Origin: Octopus sinensis
Lineage: Eukaryota
Direction: 5' to 3'
Assembly (NCBI RefSeq): GCF_006345805.1
Contig: NC_043006.1
Span: 23,622,001 to 23,686,000 of the forward strand
Length of the DNA: 64,000 bases
Position 1 is the stretch's first letter. Each line of letters opens with the position of its first letter. The translations under genes were made by a program, and so were the position numbers. The notes under the pieces were generated by a model. That model saw only the letters and a program-made list of their open reading frames with translations. It was not told the DNA's origin and searched no databases. Positions 1-64,000 of the stretch are shown in pieces.

Positions 1-144
1 TATCGAGTCCTAAAGGATGAAAAGCAAAGTCGACCGTGACAGAATTTGAACCCAGAACATAAAGAAGGATGAAATCCCGTTGAGCATTTTTGCCCAGCAT
101 GCTAACGATTCTGCACCTTAATGGCAGAAGTAATAATGGCAATG

Positions 145-179
<35 letters not shown>

Positions 180-293
180 CATGGAGATGGTTGTGGTGGT
201 GGTAGTGAGGTTGATAGAAAAGATGATGGCGATGATGATGAATGGTAGTGTGATGATGATGATGGCTGTGTGGTGAAGATGTAAAGTACATAC

Positions 294-57051
<56,758 letters not shown>

Positions 57052-57241
57052 CTAGACGTCGAACAATGCCATGCAAAGTAATAAAGTGAAAGATAGATAG
57101 ACAGATAGATATAGAGAGACAAACGGTCAGAGAGATAATGGAGAGACACGTAGGGTTACAGAAACATGCCATTGTCAAATAGAGTTCAATCGTCTTCCTA
57201 AATATACAGTTATCTGGAACCACTAAATGAGCATAAATTAC

Positions 57242-57275
<34 letters not shown>

Positions 57276-60061
57276 ACTATTATTATTATCATTATTTATT
57301 TATTTATTTATTACATCATTTATATTTTGTATTACATTATTTATATTATTATTATTATTATATATTCTTTTTTTTTCAAAAAATTACCAATTTCTCAATT
57401 AAAGAAATATTATTATTATTATGATAGTTGTTGTTTTTATTATGCTTGTCATAAGGTTTTTTGTTTTGTTTTTTAAGTGTTACACTTTAAACAACCTTAA
57501 CAGTGGAATGACATCAAAGACTTAATCAAAATCTTTAACGTAAAAGAATGCTGCTTAAGTAGTTCTGAAGAATTACATTTGGGGTGAAGTGGGGATCACT
57601 TTGCAGTCAAATAGTTTCAGGTTCATCCCCACTGTGTGGTACCTTGGGCGATGGTCTTCTATTATAGCCTGAAACTGACCAGTCCAAAGCCTTGCAAGCT
57701 AATTTTGCAGACAGAATGCTGTGTGGAAGCCTGTTGCGTTTAAGCGTATGTGTGTGAGTGTGCTTGTCCCCCACTACCACCCTGACAACCGGTGTTGGTT
57801 TGTTTACATCCTAGTAACATAGCAGTTCCACAAAAGAAACTGACAGAAAACTACCAGACTTTGGGAGGAAAAAAAAATAGCCATAAGTGTGGGGTCAAAT
57901 TGCTCAACTAAAACCCTTTAAGGCAGTGCTCCAGCATGGCTACAGTCCAGTGACTAAAATAAGTAAAACAACTATTTATGAATACATACACACACGCGCG
58001 TGTGTGTGTGAGTGTGTGTATTTCACCCATTAGAGTTGAAAAATGAAACCTGGAATTTCTAGGGTTCCACTAAAAAGTATCAGAGCATCAAATAAAATGC
58101 CCCCAACTCATTCTAATATAGTTTAAATGAGGGCAGTGTATCAGCATTTAGTTCTAATATTCCATATTCTGAGTTCAAACCCCACTCAGGACAACTTTCT
58201 TCACTTCCATCCTTTCAGGGTTGAAAGACTAGAATACGAGTCAAGTGCTGATGTTGATTTAATTTCCTGACCCTTACTCCTGACTTGTGCCTATGTTAAG
58301 ATTATGATGACTATTAATATGGCAGAAAGCTAGCAGAACCATTAGCATGTGGGGTAAAACGCTTAGCAGCATTTCGTCTGTCTTTACATTCTGAGTTCAA
58401 ATTCCGCCAAGGTCGACTTTGCCTTTCATCCTTTCAGAGTTGATACACTAAGTACCAGTTGCATACTGGGATCAATCTAATTGACTGGCCCCCTCCCCAA
58501 AAATTTCAGGCCTTGTGCCTAGAGTAGAAAAGAATAAATTATGTACCAGTAAAACATTAGGGTCAATGTAATCAATTATCCCCCTCCCTCAAATTTCATA
58601 CCTTGTACCTAGAGTAGAAAGGATTATTATTATTATCATAATTATTATTAAGGCAGTGAGTGGCAGAATCGTTAGCATGCCAGGCAAACAATTTTTATTA
58701 TGTCCTGAGTTCAAATTCCACCAAGACTGACTTTGCCTTTCATCCTTTCAGGGTCAACAAATTAAGTACCAGTTGAGAACTGAGGTTGCTGTAATCGACT
58801 AGCCCATCCCCCCAAATTTCAGGTCTTGTGTCTATGGCAGAAAGGATTATCGTTATTATCGTGATTATTTTCACAGCATGGGCATAAAATATTGGGTTTT
58901 TTACTTGGGTATTTTCCTTTCCTTCAGGTTAACTGTCAAGCCTTAACAAACAGCACCAAACAGGGGGACAAAAACCCTTCCAAGACCATGTTCCAAGAAG
59001 AGAAGATTACTGGAGCACTCGTCTTAATGTTTAACCATTTCAGGTGTTGTAATAGTTTCTCTTTAGGAAATAAATCTTATACTCTGATGACAACTGACAC
59101 AGCATCCAATTAGCCACAGGCCATCTCCATATTTTTAATATCTCCACTTTTAAATCATTCTAAAAATGTTAACAACAACAATAAATTCTTTTAGTTTAAA
59201 AAAAAATATTAAAATTGTCTCTGCCATAGCTAGCTTAAAGCACCAAGCATTTTCTAAGATATTTTGAAATAAACCAATAAATAAATAAATTAAAATAGAA
59301 AACTAAATAAATGTACAAATGAAACAAATTGATAGCTCAATTGATGTCATATCATTTTGGTTGTTGTTCCTCACAAGATGAGTCCTTGTTTTTCTGTCAT
59401 TTAGTAAATAAAAGTCAGTTTTTGAGGAAAGAATTCTTTAATAAATTTAGCAGAATTTGAATAAGCACCTACTCCACATGGCAAGGTTGTATGAATGTAG
59501 GTGGGTTTGCTGTGTATAGGCCTCCATCACCATCACCACCACCACCTGTAGATATGTACAGAGCCTAAATGTGTCTATATTTGCAGAGAGCTGAAAGATC
59601 TTACAACTTATATAGCAGAATGGTAGATTCTAGAAGCAATGTTCCGATGTTTCCAAAAAGTGGCAAAGCAAATGGCACAACCGATAGAATGATGTCAGTA
59701 TGAACTTCCTACGGCAAAAACAATGTGAATACTTATACATGTGCACATGGGAATGAATTGTGTGTATGAGTGTGTGTGTGTGTGTGTGTATTATATTACT
59801 GTGTAACAAAGAAATTCCCTTTGCAACCAAACTTTCAGGTTCAGTCCCACAGCATGGCACTTTAGTCAAGTAACTTCTGCTATGGCCCCAGGGAGGCCAC
59901 TGCCACATGAGAGAGAGTTAGGTAGACACGAGCTATAAATATTGTGTGTGTGTGTGTATATATATTGATAAAAATGGTAAGACAACAAAAGAATGAAAGA
60001 GACCTCGATATTATGTAAATAGAGGAATTTATCTGTAAATGTAACATGTGTCTGATGGCCA

Positions 60062-60122
60062 GATAATTGAAGAGATGGTGGCGTGGATTTCCACCTTGGC
60101 ATCCGAAACTCGGAGTTTTATC
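60062..60122 (+). ncRNA. Hammerhead-like motif with extended stem II (C3U)
   Basis: GAUAA [UUGAAGA] GAUG...CAUC C [GAA] ACUC-G-GAGU U UUAUC. Related copies at 62889-62949 (+) and 62789-62849 (-) read CCGAAGA. Confidence 0.45.
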
Positions 60123-60166
60123 ATAGCTACCGAATAATTGTCACATATGATGATGATGATTACATT

Positions 60167-60210
<44 letters not shown>

Positions 60211-60934
60211 ATATAATACACACACACAAAATGTTTTATATATACACAGATTAGAATTTGTGTGTGTGTGTATAGTTATATATAAGTATGGGTTATAAAA
60301 TATTGTCATCATCATCATTTAATGTCTGTTCTTCCATGATGTCATGGGTTTGATGGTTTGACAAGAGCTGGCCGGCTGAAGCATTGTAGCAAGCACCAAC
60401 TGCCAGCTTTGGAATGGTTTCTACAGCTGGATGCCCCTTCCTGGTGCCAACCACTTTACAGGGTGTACAGAGTGCTTTTTACGTGGTGCCAGCACAGGTG
60501 CTTTTTACATGATATGCATTCGTTTATAATTGCTTTCTATTTTTGTGCATTTCAGCCAATATATACCAAGAGAGGAAGTGAAACAAAGAAAGAAAGAGAG
60601 AGAACAATTTGCTAAGTGATCCATAAGAAAAGCAATTTGTTAGAAGGCGTCCCATTAGAACATGTATAACCCTTTACACAGCAATTCATTTTCAAAGAAG
60701 TTCATTTTAAAAACAATCTGCATGAGAGGAGTTCCTTACACAACAACCCAAACTATATAGAAATCTAACATATAAATACTTCTAAGTAGGTTTCCTTAAT
60801 GTACACTACATGAAACATGTTAATGCTAATTTAAGTATCGTTTCCAATGCAGATGGCATCCCTGAGTCAGAAACGATTCTTATACGTTTACTTTGTGATA
60901 GTCTCATCACAACTTTGACACGCACAGTGTAGAG

Positions 60935-61250
60935 CAGTGGTTCCCAGACTTTTTCGGGTTGCCACCCCCTTGACACTCGGGCCATGTTCCTACTGCCCCC
61001 ACCCCCAACAAACCATCACAAACACAGACCCCTTTCTGAAGCAAATTCAAAGCAACTGTATTTCACAAATAAAACTTAACCTAATGAACCCATTATCTTG
61101 TTGTTTTTACATGAAGCTGATTATCGCCCCAACTTATCACCCCACTTTTTACACGAATCACTACCCCATTATCGCCCCCTTTTCTTCAATGCCCCCTTGG
61201 AACCTTCCACTGCCCCAGCGGGGCAATACCATCCACTTCGAGAACCACTG
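60935..61250. mobile_element. hAT (Charlie-like) MITE
   Basis: TIR cagtggttc/gaaccactg, perfect 8-bp TSD gtgtagag. Confidence 0.85.
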
Positions 61251-61858
61251 GTGTAGAGAGAATCATATGGTTTGCTGAGAAGGTCAGCTGGTAATAAGGT
61301 TAAAACACATGCAGAGTTGTCTCTCATACTTGCCAATTAAATGACTAAATATTTTTCATTCATTTTCTTTCTTTTTTTTTTTGTTCCTAGCATAATTATT
61401 TCTATTTCAATTTATTTATCTTTCCATGTTCTCTACATTAAATACTATTGACATTAAACTATTACAGAGTAATCCTGTTGAAATAAAATGAAAAAAAAAA
61501 AAAAAGCCATCCATTATGAAAGCAACAGAGATGACATCCATCAAGAAAGATTTTTAAAAAAGCACAGAAGCAATCCATAGGAAAAGCATTAAAGTGATCC
61601 ATAACAAAAACAATAATAATAATAATAATTGAAATAAAGCAATTAGAGTTATAAAGCATTATGGAAGCAATCCAGCCATTAAGCACAAAAAAATTATATA
61701 AATAAAATAAAATAAAATATGGCAAGAAAAAGACTCCGAAAAAGAAATACAAATCACTCGACAAAAAATAAAGTAAAAAAAAAACAAAAGCAAATATTAT
61801 TATTATCATCGTTATTTAACTTCCATGCTGGCATGGGTTGGATAATAATAATAATAAC

Positions 61859-61890
<32 letters not shown>

Positions 61891-62681
61891 TAATAATAAT
61901 AGCAACAATAACAATGGCATAGTGTTAATGATATTAATAACAACAATGGCATTATATAACAACAACAACAACAACATAATACATCAACAACAACAACAGC
62001 AACAACATCAACCTGTAAAGTTATCGGCTAAAAGCAAATTTTTTTTTAATGTTAAAACAGGAAATTTAAGAAGCTGAAATACGAATATGAATATTGGAGA
62101 GGGGAGAGAGAGGGGGAGAGAGAAAAGGGGAAGAGAACAAAAGAGAAAAAGAGAGTCAGACAGAGAGAGAAAAAAAAAATATATATATATATATATATAC
62201 ATATATATATACATATATATATATACACACATATATATACACACATATATATACATACATACACACACACATATATAGGGCAGAAACGGCTGTAAGGAAC
62301 TAGCACCTACTGGCAATCTGATCATTTGCTCTTTTCTATAATATTAGTACAAGTGCAACAAATGGGTATTACATGTGTATGTATTCTTCTAATACATTCT
62401 ATTACTTTGGAATAAATAGACATACTAAAATGTCTACCGGCTGATGTATGTCATCTTTGTATCCCCTCCATTTTCTTATTTGCCGTATAAATTAAGGGTA
62501 AACCACTTTTTTACTCCCGCCCATATATAACACTCAATTGTGAAATTGCCATGCAATAACCAGCACTTGGGTATGAATAATTGGGTACACTACCAGCAGT
62601 ATATTGGGTAGGTACTATTGCTTAGTTGGTTGGTTTCCCAATCTCTAACTCTATATATATATATAATATATATATTATATA

Positions 62682-62991
62682 TATTGGTAAAAATGGTAAG
62701 ATAACAAAAGAAAGAAAGAGACCTCAATATTATGTAAATAGAGGAAATTTATCTGTAAAATAATATGTGACAATTATTCAGTAGCCAAGATAAAACTCTG
62801 AGTTTCAGATGCCGAGGTGGAAATCCACACCACCATCTCTTCGGTTATCCGGCCATCTGAAAATAAAAAAGCGTTTTTCAGATGACCAGATAACCGAAGA
62901 GATGGTGGTGTGGATTTCCACCACAGCATCCGAAAATCAGAGTTTTATCTTAGCTACCAAATAATTGTCACATATTATTTTACAGATAAAT
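62682..62991. mobile_element. Fold-back element (117-bp arms, 11-bp spacer), Penelope-like terminus candidate; second copy at about 59962-60170
   Basis: Arms 62747-62863 and 62875-62991. Both copies share the leader tattggtaaaaatggtaagataacaaaaga and are embedded in (TA)n. Confidence 0.7.
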
Positions 62992-63210
62992 AAATATATA
63001 TCTATATATATATATATATATATATGCTTTATCATTATTAAAGCTACAAAAACATCACAAAACTTTCACAAAAAACTGCTACTCAGAGTTTCACCTGACT
63101 GTTTGAGAGACAGTTTAGCTTCTCAATCTAAACTGTCCATTTCTCATTCTGAACTGTTTAGGATTTCAGTTTAAACTGTCCAATGAACAGGAATGTGAAG
63201 CTCTGAGAAG

Positions 63211-63254
<44 letters not shown>

Positions 63255-63409
63255 CACACACACACACACACACACATGTATGTATATATATTTTTTTTTG
63301 CAGCTTTCATAATAATAATGGATATTACTCTACCTCCAGTAATCGAGTACTATTTTTCCCACACCGTGATTCACATTTATGTGCTTATTTTGGTATATAT
63401 ATGATAATG

Positions 63410-63467
<58 letters not shown>

Positions 63468-64000
63468 CATACATATATATATATAATGTGTGTGTGTGAG
63501 ACAGAGAGAGAGAGATAAATGGATAGAGGAAGAGTGAAATACATGACAAAGATAGTAAAATATACAAGAGAGAAGATAGATTAAATACTCAAGAAGGAGG
63601 GTGAGAGAGAGATTAGCAAATGAGAGAGACTAATGGATATGAGCGGATTAAAAAAGTACATTTAAACATGGTTTCTTTTAATCCCCCACTCTGCACCACC
63701 CCGCAGCATACAGGTAACGTTGATTAACTATAAAATATTTTCTAATCAAGTCTAATATTAATTAAAACAGTGCTACCACCGCTAACTTCAGTAGGAGTGT
63801 CATTGAGAGAGAAGGAGAGAGAAGAGAGGAAGTAAGAGAGAAGAGAGGAAGTAAGAGAGAGACTGACAAAGAGAGACAAACAGACAGACAGAGACAGACA
63901 GAAAAATAAAGAACAAGGGACAGACATACAGAGAGAAACATAGACAAATAAAGGGAGATGGACAGGCAAACAGATTATGAGGTTACTCAATCTGCTAGAA

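Noticed and set aside
57052-64000. Further upstream exons or a promoter of the gene
   Set aside because: I found no coding-like segment with matching phase-1 splice sites; the region is repeats and AT-rich unique DNA.

Overview
AT-rich, microsatellite-dense animal DNA whose SINE/LINE content looks like an Octopus genome (inference from repeat families). One large intron-rich gene runs across the window on the minus strand. I trace 15 exons (57051 down to 294; 2693 coding bp, about 897 aa, open at both ends) joined in one reading frame by GT-AG sites. The product is a long coiled-coil protein with an AKAP9/pericentrin-type signature (QLKANKQFLN-EQAHEREQEREEYQKEI). The introns hold at least three tRNA-headed SINE families, 3' tails of an RTE LINE, one RTE and one HERO-like coding fragment, hAT, piggyBac-type and Tc1/mariner MITEs, a Helitron-type element, minisatellites and a perfect 597-bp tandem duplication. 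The most notable hidden structure is a set of minimal type-I hammerhead ribozyme folds in at least four unrelated repeat families, most of them fold-back (inverted-repeat) elements, as expected for Penelope-like termini. One fold (5122-5162) is fully intact with the compensatory U3:A8 core. One family has a tRNA-type Pol III head upstream of the ribozyme. Almost all ORFs in the supplied track are microsatellite or repeat artefacts.
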